Below, piece by piece: positions 1 to 8,860 of a stretch of DNA of 64,000 nucleotides. The stretch's first letter is position 1, and each line of letters opens with the position of its first letter. The position numbers were made by a program, and so were the translations under genes. The DNA comes from a bacterium (GTDB lineage Bacteria; Electryoneota; Electryoneia; Electryoneales; Electryoneaceae). Location: the NCBI GenBank assembly GCA_963675295.2, contig CAXXKJ010000002.1:2368001-2432000 (forward strand). Reading direction: 5' to 3'. Under the pieces are notes generated by a model. It ran no database searches. It was not told the DNA's origin and saw only the letters and a program-made list of their open reading frames with translations.

Positions 1-2492
1 CCGATGTGCAGGTGGAGGCGGATGAACGTGTCCGTGTCGACTTGCAGCTTGAGCCGACGGTGCTGGCGCTGGGTGAGGAAATAGTCATCATCGGCGAGAA
101 GCCGCTGCTGGACGTTGAAGAGACCTCGACGACGCGTATCATCGGTGCCGATGATATCAGCGAATTGGCGGTGGAAAACCTGGATGACGTGCTCGAGCAG
201 CAGGTGGGTATTGTTCGTGAGAACAACGATATCCACATTCGCGGCGGCCGTGCGGACGAGAACCTGTACATCATCGACAACGTGTCGGTGAAAGACCCGA
301 TCTCGGGGCAGGGGCTGGGGATTTACCTCTCGGCGGAATCGATCAAGCAGCTCGAGGTGATCACCGGCGGGTTCAACGCCGAGTATGGCCAGGCGATGTC
401 GGGGCTGGTCAACGTCGAGACCAAGGAGGGTGGCGACACCTGGTCCGGGACGTTCTCGACAAAGACAGACAATCTCGCTGATTGGCCGGACGGCAACCAG
501 AACACGAACAACGTCGAGTTCTCGCTCGGTGGGCCGGACCCGATCACCCGTGACCTGCTGCCGTCAGTCGGGGTCAACATCAAGGGCAAGTCGAGCCTGT
601 TCCTGAACGGGTACGGCTACATCAGCGACACGCACCTGCCCGCCGCGGCTACCGAGTTGGTTCCCCGTGACGAAGGGATGGAACCCTTTTCGCTGCGTGA
701 AGAGAACAACTACTCGATCCTCGGCAAGTACACGTACAACCCGACGCCAACGCTGAAGTTCGCCTACAGTTACGGCCGCAGCCTGCAGATCAACCAGGCG
801 TATTTTGACGCGATTGTCGAAGACCGTACCTACTTCCCGCTGGAATATTTGCTGATCCTGGACGATTACAACACGGTTACCCGCGAGGGGTTGCAGCAGT
901 CGTTCCACGTCAAGCAGACGTTGAACAACACGACGTGGTACGAGTTGACGCTGGGTAATTTCTTCAATCGGGTGCATTCGGCGGCGGAGGGCAAGCACTG
1001 GTCGGAGTATCAGCAGCCGGTTGATCTTGAGCCGGTACTGTATGAGATCGGTCCATCCGGCGATGTGACAGTCAAGTACGGCGACGGCTTGTGGGATGCG
1101 GGCAACGGCGACACGTGGCACGACCACTACAACGACACGTGGCAGCTGCGCGGCAACATCACCAGCCACCTCAGCGATCGCAACACGTTGAAAGCCGGCC
1201 TCGAGTACGAGCAGACCAAACTGCAGCTGTTGAGCATTCACGATCCGTGGATTGCGTCCACCGATTTCGGCGGCGACTTCGACATGTACCATGCCGTCAG
1301 CGAGGCGGGCGCGTTCTTCGTGCAGGACAAGATCGAGTTCAAGGGCTTGATCGCGAACGTCGGCATGCGTCTCGACTGGTGGCGGCCGGGCGAATACGTC
1401 GAGGACGCAATTGAGGACCAGGACATCATCACGCTGAGTAACGAAGCCCGGCAGCTGTTCTATGATGAGACGTACGACATCTTCGACCGGCGCATCAAGA
1501 TGCACCTCAGCCCGCGCCTGGGCATCAGCCACCCGGTGACGGACAACGACGTGCTGTTCTTCAGCTACGGTCACTTCAGCCAGCGGCCGAAGTATGCGTA
1601 CGTGTTCGCCAAGCTGCGGTCCTACAGCCCGAGCACGTACCAGCTCTTCGGCAACCCGAATTTGAATCCGCAGACGACGGTCGCCTACGAGCTAGGCCTG
1701 AAACACCGTTTCACCGGTGACCAGGTGATTGAGGTGGTGGCGTTCAACAAGGACCTGTTCGACTACGCGACCAGCTTCAACGTCAAGAGCACCAACCCGC
1801 GTCTCGGAAATATCTCCTACTTCCAGTACTTCAACATCGACTACGCGCGTGTGCGTGGTGTTGAGTTCCGCTTCCGGGCACGGCAGGGCCGTTACCTGAC
1901 CGGCAACTTTGATTTCTCGTACCAGATCGCGACCGGCAAGAGTTCGAGCGCGAACGCGGAAATCCAGGCGGCGGCGAACACCAGCATCGCGGAGAAGACG
2001 CTGGGTGAGGAATACCTGGCGTGGGACCGTCCGTTCAACGCCAGCTTCACGCTGTGGTTGCGTGTCCCGCAGGACGATTCGCCGGACTGGTTCGGCTGGA
2101 GCGGTTGGCCGACGAACTGGGGTGGCAGCATCCGCTGGGAAGGTGGCAGCGGCAAGCGGTACACCGAGTCGGTCCTGAGCAGCAACGGGCAGGACATCCA
2201 GGAAATCGGCCAGCGGTATGGGCTGGTGTCCGACTTCTGGAATACGGTGGATATCCGTCTGTGGAAGGAATGGCAACTGACCCGGGCGGCGAGTTTCCGC
2301 GTGTTCGGTGAAGTGCTGAACATGTTCGACTACAAGAAACCGACCCAGATCAACCCGTTAACCGGGCGGCCGTATGAGTATGGCGACCCGGCACCACGAT
2401 CCTGGGAGAATGCGTTCGGGAACATCATCGTCGATCCGAGCCGGTATTCGGCGCCACGGCAAGTGTTCCTCGGCGTGTCGATGAGGTTCTAG
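1..2492 (+). CDS. TonB-dependent outer-membrane receptor (5' truncated)
   Basis: Plug motifs IHIRGGR..ENLYIIDN and LEVITGGFNAEYGQAMSG, barrel motifs SPRLG and GNPNLNPQTT..YELG, C-terminal Phe; the frame is open from the window start. Confidence 0.9.
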   Translation, partial: DVQVEADERVRVDLQLEPTVLALGEEIVIIGEKPLLDVEETSTTRIIGADDISELAVENLDDVLEQQVGIVRENNDIHIRGGRADENLYIIDNVSVKDPISGQGLGIYLSAESIKQLEVITGGFNAEYGQAMSGLVNVETKEGGDTWSGTFSTKTDNLADWPDGNQNTNNVEFSLGGPDPITRDLLPSVGVNIKGKSSLFLNGYGYISDTHLPAAATELVPRDEGMEPFSLREENNYSILGKYTYNPTPTLKFAYSYGRSLQINQAYFDAIVEDRTYFPLEYLLILDDYNTVTREGLQQSFHVKQTLNNTTWYELTLGNFFNRVHSAAEGKHWSEYQQPVDLEPVLYEIGPSGDVTVKYGDGLWDAGNGDTWHDHYNDTWQLRGNITSHLSDRNTLKAGLEYEQTKLQLLSIHDPWIASTDFGGDFDMYHAVSEAGAFFVQDKIEFKGLIANVGMRLDWWRPGEYVEDAIEDQDIITLSNEARQLFYDETYDIFDRRIKMHLSPRLGISHPVTDNDVLFFSYGHFSQRPKYAYVFAKLRSYSPSTYQLFGNPNLNPQTTVAYELGLKHRFTGDQVIEVVAFNKDLFDYATSFNVKSTNPRLGNISYFQYFNIDYARVRGVEFRFRARQGRYLTGNFDFSYQIATGKSSSANAEIQAAANTSIAEKTLGEEYLAWDRPFNASFTLWLRVPQDDSPDWFGWSGWPTNWGGSIRWEGGSGKRYTESVLSSNGQDIQEIGQRYGLVSDFWNTVDIRLWKEWQLTRAASFRVFGEVLNMFDYKKPTQINPLTGRPYEYGDPAPRSWENAFGNIIVDPSRYSAPRQVFLGVSMRF

Positions 2493-2500
2493 GACAGAAC

Positions 2501-2549
2501 AGTGATGAGTTGTGAGTTGTGAGTGGTGAGTAAAAACAACTGACAACAC
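2501..2549. repeat. Heptamer tandem array A with inverted arm
   Basis: AGTGATG AGTTGTG AGTTGTG AGTGGTG AGTAAAA, then ACAACTG ACAAC, which is complementary to the left arm. Confidence 0.75.
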
Positions 2550-2600
2550 CCTTGGATTGGTCGTGAGATCCGTTAACTGGTTTTGGTTACGTGAAGCGAA

Positions 2601-3695
2601 GTGATGCGTAAACACACGAAAATACTGGTTGCCGTTGCGTTTCTGGTCGCACTCGTTCCGTTTGCAGAGGGGCAGGAGCTGTTCCAGATTCTCGGCGGGC
2701 AACGTGTCGGCACCTCGGCGATGACGTTCCTCAAGATTCCGGTCGGTGCTCGTGCGGAAGCGATGGGCGGTGCGTATGTCGCGGTGGCGAACGATCCGTT
2801 CGCGGTGTTCTGGAATCCAGCCGGGATTGCACAGATCGGCACGCGTTGGCAGGGCAAGTACGTCGTCGATCCGAACAAGGCGCCGGAAGGGGTGAAAGCC
2901 CCGCCGAGCACGCTGCAGCGGCTGTTCACCGGCGACCGTGCGATCGGCATGGTGCGGAACAACTGGATCGCGGAGATCAGTTACGACGCGCTGGCGTACA
3001 CCCAGCCGTTACCAATTGGTACCCTCGGCATCATGGCGGCCAGCCTGACCACGGCCGACATGGAGATCACCACTGAGTACCATCCGGACGGTACCGGTGA
3101 GTATTTCAGCTACAGCGACATGCTGCTCGGCGTCGGGTACGGTCTCGCGATGACGGACAACTTCAGCTTCGGTGTCACCGCGAAGTATGCTCGTGAAGTG
3201 TTGGCCGATACGCAGATGGAAAACGTGATGCTCGACCTCGGGACCTACTACTGGACCGGGTGGCGGGATCTGCGACTGGCGGTGGCGTTGATGAACTTCG
3301 GCCCGAACACGAAGCCGGATGGTACGTACATCACGACGGATGCCGAAGGCGATGAACTCGAGAAGAGCTTCAAGGCCTACAGTCCGCCGGTTGAGTTTCG
3401 TCTCGGCGCGGCGTATTCGCCGATTGCGATCGACCAGCACAAGCTGCTTGTATCGATGCAGCTGAACCACCCGATCGACAACGCGGAGAACCTGAAGCTC
3501 GGCGCGGAGTATGGATTTGCCGGGATGTTGTTCCTGCGTGGCGGGTACAAGATCAACACGGATGAAGACCGTTACACGATCGGCGCGGGTGTCCGTGTGC
3601 CGGTGGGCAATGTCGCCCTGAGCGCGGATTACAGCTACACCGACTTCGGCATTCTCGACCAGAGCCAGCGTTTCAGCCTGGGCCTGACGTTCTGA
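2601..3695 (+). CDS. PorV/PorQ-family (UPF0164-like) outer-membrane beta-barrel
   Basis: Signal peptide, FLKIPVGARAEAMGGAYVAVANDPFAVFWNPAG motif, C-terminal FSLGLTF. Confidence 0.85.
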   Translation: MMRKHTKILVAVAFLVALVPFAEGQELFQILGGQRVGTSAMTFLKIPVGARAEAMGGAYVAVANDPFAVFWNPAGIAQIGTRWQGKYVVDPNKAPEGVKAPPSTLQRLFTGDRAIGMVRNNWIAEISYDALAYTQPLPIGTLGIMAASLTTADMEITTEYHPDGTGEYFSYSDMLLGVGYGLAMTDNFSFGVTAKYAREVLADTQMENVMLDLGTYYWTGWRDLRLAVALMNFGPNTKPDGTYITTDAEGDELEKSFKAYSPPVEFRLGAAYSPIAIDQHKLLVSMQLNHPIDNAENLKLGAEYGFAGMLFLRGGYKINTDEDRYTIGAGVRVPVGNVALSADYSYTDFGILDQSQRFSLGLTF

Positions 3696-5284
3696 TGGAA
3701 TCGAACATGAACCACCTCTTGAAGTTTTCGACTCTGACGTTGCTTCTCGCCAGCCTGATGCTGTCTGGTTGCGTGGATGAACCGGACCTGCCGACGAGCA
3801 TCAACAACTCGGATGATTTCGGCGCCAACGACACATCGTTTGTCCGTGTCGCACCGGACTGGAGCAACGGGCAGGGCTACGACTGGGACAATCCGGGCGA
3901 AATCCACATCGCGCGTGACGGGTACATGTACATCGCGGACGAGAAGGACGGCGGCCGTGTGACTCAGTTGAAACTTGACGGATCGATTGTTGACCGGTCA
4001 CTGTTCCAGGAAGTGATCGACACGACCGGGCGTGCGCCGGTGGGATTGGGTCAGTGCTCGAAGCTGAATTTGTACATGGTGGACGGGTCCAACATCATCT
4101 ATGCCCGCAACACTGCGGTGGAATACTTCGGGATCGACGAGGTGATTGTTTCGTTTGAAATGATCGATCTGCGGACTGGCGACCGTTACACCATCGACAA
4201 CAGCCGGCCGGTGTTTGAACAGTTACTGGACCTGGTGAATGATGGTATCGACAGCCTGGCGACGGATTACAACACAGTCGTGACCACGTCGGACCCGGAC
4301 ACGCTGGCGCGCTATGAACGCGAGTATGTTTTCCTCGCGGATACCACCGGCGAACACCCGAGTGAATTCACCGATATCGACGGTGGTCCTGCCGGTGAAG
4401 AGGTTGTGTACCTTGCGGATCAGGGGAATGACCGGATCGCCACGTTCCTGATCGCGACATCGCGTGTGCTGTTCCTGAAGGATGGCAGTGTCGCCTACGC
4501 GTACGCCGGCTTGCACCTCAACGACACGGTGGAATTCGGGTCGGGGCAGGTGTCGACGAACAACCCGACGAGTATTGTCACCACCGGCAGTGGCACGAGC
4601 ACACGGCTGTATTTCACGCAGGTGGACGGCAACTTCCTGTTCCAGCGGCTGCGGCCGTCCGGGGACTCGTGGCAGTTTGATGTTGCGGCGAGCGGTGACG
4701 GGCCGCCATTGATTGAGCTGGACTATTTCGGCGCACCGGTTGGAGTCGCGGTTGGCGAGAGCGACGAGTACGGCCTCGGCTTGATCTATGTCGCGGATTC
4801 GTTGCAGAACCGTGTGACAGCGTTTTATTCTGGCGGCGCGACGTTCCGTCATGTCGCCGCGGAAACCGAGCTGGTCGATCTCGAGCCGGGCGAATACATC
4901 GTGGATGCGCTCGACGCGTTGGGGATTGAGTGGTATCCAGACATCAACCAGGAGCTGATCGGGTACTATTCTGGTGAGACGGTTGATGTGGAAGTTTCGG
5001 AAGGCCAGACGATCTCGGAAGCGGTTGCGGCGGCGGGCTATGAGTTCGATCCGCTGCTGAATCCGGACCTCAACCCGGACGCGACGGTCGCGGAGGCGAC
5101 GGTGATCAGTGTCCGAATCCCGATTGCGACCACGGTCGAGGTGTCGCTGCCAACGCTGGACAAGCCGCGCGGGGTGGCGACGCGGGACGGTGTTGTCTAC
5201 ATCACCGACTCCGGTCACAATCGGATTGTGCGGTACAGCCGCAGCGACTCGGACAGCTACATCCCGAATGATCCGAACTATTGA
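3695..5284 (+). CDS. Lipoprotein with NHL-like beta-propeller repeats
   Basis: Lipobox MLSGC; NHL-like motifs VYLADQGNDRI, IYVADSLQNRV, LDKPRGVA..VYITDSGHNRI; start overlaps the porV-like stop. Confidence 0.75.
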   Translation: MESNMNHLLKFSTLTLLLASLMLSGCVDEPDLPTSINNSDDFGANDTSFVRVAPDWSNGQGYDWDNPGEIHIARDGYMYIADEKDGGRVTQLKLDGSIVDRSLFQEVIDTTGRAPVGLGQCSKLNLYMVDGSNIIYARNTAVEYFGIDEVIVSFEMIDLRTGDRYTIDNSRPVFEQLLDLVNDGIDSLATDYNTVVTTSDPDTLARYEREYVFLADTTGEHPSEFTDIDGGPAGEEVVYLADQGNDRIATFLIATSRVLFLKDGSVAYAYAGLHLNDTVEFGSGQVSTNNPTSIVTTGSGTSTRLYFTQVDGNFLFQRLRPSGDSWQFDVAASGDGPPLIELDYFGAPVGVAVGESDEYGLGLIYVADSLQNRVTAFYSGGATFRHVAAETELVDLEPGEYIVDALDALGIEWYPDINQELIGYYSGETVDVEVSEGQTISEAVAAAGYEFDPLLNPDLNPDATVAEATVISVRIPIATTVEVSLPTLDKPRGVATRDGVVYITDSGHNRIVRYSRSDSDSYIPNDPNY

Positions 5285-5290
5285 GTCGGC

Positions 5291-5344
5291 AAGTACAAAG
5301 TCGAAAGTCGACTGAGCACTGACCACTGACGACTGATCACAGTC
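5291..5344. repeat. Heptamer tandem array B
   Basis: AAGTACA AAGTCGA AAGTCGA CTGAGCA CTGACCA CTGACGA CTGATCA in one continuous 7-nt register. Confidence 0.75.
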
Positions 5345-5353
5345 TTTTCACCT

Positions 5354-5380
5354 CCCCGGCTTGCGTACAGGCCGGGGTTT
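5354..5380 (+). terminator. Probable intrinsic terminator
   Basis: CCCCGGC...GCCGGGG stem followed by TTTGGTTT. Confidence 0.5.
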
Positions 5381-5401
5381 GGTTTACTTCGGGGAGGTCG
5401 C

Positions 5402-5562
5402 GGGCTCTGGGCTGTAGGATGTTGGCTGCGGACTGCGGGCTACGGTCGGCGGTCACTGACCACAGACCACAGACCACTGAGTACCGAATACCGAATACCG
5501 AGTACCGAGTACCGAGTACCGAGCACCGTTTACCGACAACGTCCCGATCACCAACACTGACC
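5402..5562. repeat. Heptamer tandem array C
   Basis: GGGCTCT/GGGCTGT/GGACTGC/GGTCGGC block, then ACTGACC, ACAGACC x2, ACCGAAT x2, ACCGAGT x3, ACCGAGC, ACCGTTT. Confidence 0.9.
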
Positions 5563-5570
5563 GGACCCAC

Positions 5571-6758
5571 ATGCACGACGCTCTGATCCATTCCGACGCC
5601 GGCATTCTGTTTGTCCTCGCGGCCAACGCTGCGTTGTGGTTCTTCCTCGAAAAACGCACCGGCTGGAAGTTGTTCAACTTCATGCCGCCGTTGATCTTCA
5701 TCTACCTGCTGCCGGCGGTGTTCAGCAACACCGGCCTGATCTCCGGGCATTCGGAGGTGTACGGCTGGATGGGGGACAACATCCTGCCGATGTTCCTCGT
5801 GCTGCTGATGCTGGACGTTGACCTCAAGGCGACGATTCGTGTGATGGGCAAAGGTGTGTGGGTGATGCTGATCGGTACGCTCGGGGTTGTCATCGGCGCG
5901 CCGCTCGGGTTCCTCGCGGTGTCGCACTGGCTGCCGAGCGAAACGTGGATGGGCTACGCGATCCTCAGCGGGTCGTGGATCGGCGGCACGGGCAACATGG
6001 CGGCGGTGCAGAACGCCATCGACCCGACCGGCGAATTGACCGGCGGGCTGTTCGGGCTGGCGGTGATCGCGGACAATGTGGTGTACCTGGTCTGGCTGCC
6101 GTTGCTGCTGAACCTGAAACGTCTCGCGCCGATCTTCCATAAATTTACCGGCGTCACCGACCAGCACCTGGACAAGATGAAGGCGGCGGCGCAGGAGATG
6201 GTGGTCGAGAAGGGCAAGCCGGCGATGCGGGATTACCTCTACCTGATCGCGATCGGGATGGGGGCGACCTGGCTCGCGGCAACCCTGTCGAATTTGCTGC
6301 CGGTGGTCGAACCGGTACTGACGCCGGGCACGTACAAGATCCTGCTGGTGACAACGTTCGGGATCGCGTTGTCGTTCAGCCCGGCGAAGAAGATCCCGGG
6401 GTCGCACGAAATCGCGATGGCGCTGGTGTACCTGTTTGTCAGCCGGATGGGCGCAAAGACTGATGTCAGCGGGCTGGCGGGCATGGCGATTCCGTTTGTG
6501 GCGGGCGCGTACATCTGGATCTTCATCCACGGCGCGTTTATCTTGCTCGCGGCGAAACTGTTCAAGATCGACGTGCACACCAGCGCGATTGCCAGCGCGG
6601 CGAATATTGGCGGTGCGGCGAGCGCGCCGATTGTCGCGTCCTTCCACGACGAACGGCTGGTTCCAGTCTCGATCCTGATGGCGTTGATCGGGTACGCGGT
6701 CGGGAACTACGCGAGTCTGCTGCTGGTCCGGCCGCTGTTGATGCTGGTGGCGGGGTAG
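5571..6758 (+). CDS. DUF819/YjcL-family multi-pass membrane protein
   Basis: About 11 hydrophobic segments; GSWIGGTGNM and SAANIGGAASAPIVA motifs. Confidence 0.85.
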   Translation: MHDALIHSDAGILFVLAANAALWFFLEKRTGWKLFNFMPPLIFIYLLPAVFSNTGLISGHSEVYGWMGDNILPMFLVLLMLDVDLKATIRVMGKGVWVMLIGTLGVVIGAPLGFLAVSHWLPSETWMGYAILSGSWIGGTGNMAAVQNAIDPTGELTGGLFGLAVIADNVVYLVWLPLLLNLKRLAPIFHKFTGVTDQHLDKMKAAAQEMVVEKGKPAMRDYLYLIAIGMGATWLAATLSNLLPVVEPVLTPGTYKILLVTTFGIALSFSPAKKIPGSHEIAMALVYLFVSRMGAKTDVSGLAGMAIPFVAGAYIWIFIHGAFILLAAKLFKIDVHTSAIASAANIGGAASAPIVASFHDERLVPVSILMALIGYAVGNYASLLLVRPLLMLVAG

Positions 6759-6902
6759 CTGCACCTCATCAGATTGGCGGGAAGATGAGGTTTGTTTTAC
6801 CTTAGGGTCAATCGGACTACCGAACAGGAACAGACATCAGGCACGGGCCGCAGGGATGGAGCTGGTTTGAGGCTCTGTCCGGGTAACCATGGATAGGCTG
6901 CC

Positions 6903-7178
6903 ATGCACGACATCGGGGGTTTGTTTATGATGGACTTCATTTTCTGGGGATCGGCGATCCTGCTGGCGTTGGCGTTGTTCTTCTTCGTAATTGCGCCGTT
7001 GATCTTCAGTTCCGCGAAAGTGGTGTCGATGTACGCCGGGCTGCCGTTGCTGGCGTTGGCGTTGATCGTGGTCGGCTACAAGGTCGGCGGACCGGTGGGC
7101 TGGGTGATTGTGATCGCCGGTGTCGGGGTCGGGATCTACTCGTACATCTACTTCAAGGAGAAGTTGTACGAGGAATAG
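6903..7178 (+). CDS. Small hypothetical membrane protein (about 3 TM; alternative start 6927)
   Basis: Three hydrophobic helices; codon usage typical of neighbouring genes. Confidence 0.6.
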   Translation: MHDIGGLFMMDFIFWGSAILLALALFFFVIAPLIFSSAKVVSMYAGLPLLALALIVVGYKVGGPVGWVIVIAGVGVGIYSYIYFKEKLYEE

Positions 7179-7182
7179 GACA

Positions 7183-7434
7183 GTCTCTCGTCTCTAGTCT
7201 CTCGGTGGTTCGCAACAGACGCAACAGACGCAACAGACGCAACAGACGCAAGAGACGCAAGAGACGCAACTGATGCAAAAGAAGTAACAGAAAGTAACAG
7301 AAAGTAAAAGACAGGAAAAGAAAGTAAGAGAAAGCAGAAGAAGCAAAACCACTGACCACTGACCACTGACCACTGACCACTGACCACTGACCACTAATTA
7401 CCGATTACCGATTACCGATTACCGCCAACCGGCC
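7183..7434. repeat. Composite 7/9/10-mer tandem array D
   Basis: GTCTCTM x3, 9-mers CGCAACAGA x4 and CGCAAGAGA x2, 10-mers AGTAACAGAA-like, ACTGACC x6, ACCGATT x3. Confidence 0.95.
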
Positions 7435-7670
7435 TCCTGCAAAGCTCTCCCGAGTTGCGTAACGGCTGTGACAGTCCTACACTTCGCGCATGATCTCCCG
7501 CATGTAACATACCTCGCCGCCTGAGTTCACGACGGCCCAAGCTTCCACGGCGCAGTCCTGCGTCTGTGGGGTTCCTGTTTGCAGTACATTTTCTGGCGAA
7601 TCCGGTGTGTAAAACCGGAGGAACCGTGCTCCATGTGAGCAGATCCATCCATGTTGGGAGAGTTTACATC

Positions 7671-8519
7671 ATGTGTACATCGATAAATGGAGTGATACAG
7701 CATCAGTTCGACGCCTCAACGCTGTGGTCCGGGGCCTTCAAGATTCCGTGGCACGACCGTGAATTCGGACGGCGGATGCTGCGTGAACACCTGAGCCAGG
7801 ACCATCAGCTCGCCAGCAGGAAGGCGGAGATGATCGAAGGTCAGGTGGAGTGGATCGACCAGCATACCGGCGCGGGAACATCGCGCAACCTGCTCGACCT
7901 CGGCTGCGGGCCAGGGCTCTATGCGCGGGCATTCGCGGAACGTGGCTTCGAGTATCATGGCATCGACATCTCGCCGGTGTCGATTGAGTACGCGTGTGAA
8001 CAGTTCGCGGACGCCGGCACGTTTGCGGCGGCGGATATCCGTGACGCCGAGTTCGGGACGGACCGGGACGTGGTCTCGTTCATTTACGGCGAGTTCAACG
8101 TGTTCTCGGAGGCGGATGAGCGGCGGATTCTGCGGAAGGCGTGGGACGCGCTCAAGCCCGGCGGTCATCTGCTGATCGAGGTCCAGACGTACGATGCGGT
8201 GAAGGGCGTTGGCAGCCTGCCGCCATCATGGTATCGTGGCGGGGCAGGGGTAAGCGGCCTGTTTTCGGAGCAGCCGCACCTGGTGCTGATGGAAAATCAC
8301 TGGGTCGAGGAGGCCGAAACCGCAGTGCAGGAGTTTTTCGTGCTGCACGGCGGGTCCGAGTCCGAGATGCAGGTGTACCGGAATACCTCGAGTGCGATCA
8401 CCGATGATGTGATGGCGGCGATGCTACGCGAGTCCGGGTTTGCGGATGTGGCGTTTCCGTCGGATTGGCCGGTGCCGGATGAGGCGCTACGGCTGGTGGT
8501 GGCGCGGAAACAGCGGTAG
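7671..8519 (+). CDS. Class I SAM-dependent methyltransferase
   Basis: LLDLGCGPG, GIDISP, LKPGG motifs; GGGAG RBS before ATG 7671. Confidence 0.9.
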   Translation: MCTSINGVIQHQFDASTLWSGAFKIPWHDREFGRRMLREHLSQDHQLASRKAEMIEGQVEWIDQHTGAGTSRNLLDLGCGPGLYARAFAERGFEYHGIDISPVSIEYACEQFADAGTFAAADIRDAEFGTDRDVVSFIYGEFNVFSEADERRILRKAWDALKPGGHLLIEVQTYDAVKGVGSLPPSWYRGGAGVSGLFSEQPHLVLMENHWVEEAETAVQEFFVLHGGSESEMQVYRNTSSAITDDVMAAMLRESGFADVAFPSDWPVPDEALRLVVARKQR

Positions 8520-8621
8520 TCGGTTGTCGGTAATCGTTGCTCGGTAAACCAGTTGCGGGGACACTTTAGGGACAAAGTGTCCCCGGCTTTGCTCACAGCT
8601 CATCCCTCATCGCTCAAAGCT
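8515..8621. repeat. Heptamer array E enclosing a 12-bp-stem palindrome
   Basis: GGTAGTC GGTTGTC GGTAATC..., then CGGGGACACTTT-AGGGAC-AAAGTGTCCCCG (8556-8585), then GCTCACA GCTCATC CCTCATC GCTCAAA. Confidence 0.7.
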
Positions 8622-8860
8622 GCTTTTCCACTTGTGAATTCCCTCTCAAGGGAGCACTGTCAATCTCGGTGTGAGTTGCCCGTGACAGGCGTTGTTCGTA
8701 CGTTTCGGCAAAATCCCCACCGTGTTCTGTTACCAATCATTCCCGTCCGCGTCAGGCTGTGAGCGGCTTCGGCACAGGGCGATCGTCAAAACGGTCCCTC
8801 AGTGCGTCGAAGCGAGTCATCGTGCGCTCTGCACGTGAACGGGCAAAAGGGAGATGTGAT

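Noticed and set aside
7148-7394. Short ORFs such as MVSGQWSVVSGQW and LRLLRLLR (also 5453-5701, 10130-10394, 21218-21451, 41144-41580)
   Set aside because: They are translations of the heptamer/nonamer repeats in all frames, with no RBS or protein-like composition
7183-7434. Possible CRISPR array (also 27225-27386)
   Set aside because: Units are 7-10 nt with no unique spacers; the palindromes are irregularly spaced and no cas genes are present
7435-7670. SAM riboswitch before the methyltransferase
   Set aside because: No SAM-I or SAM-II consensus elements recognised
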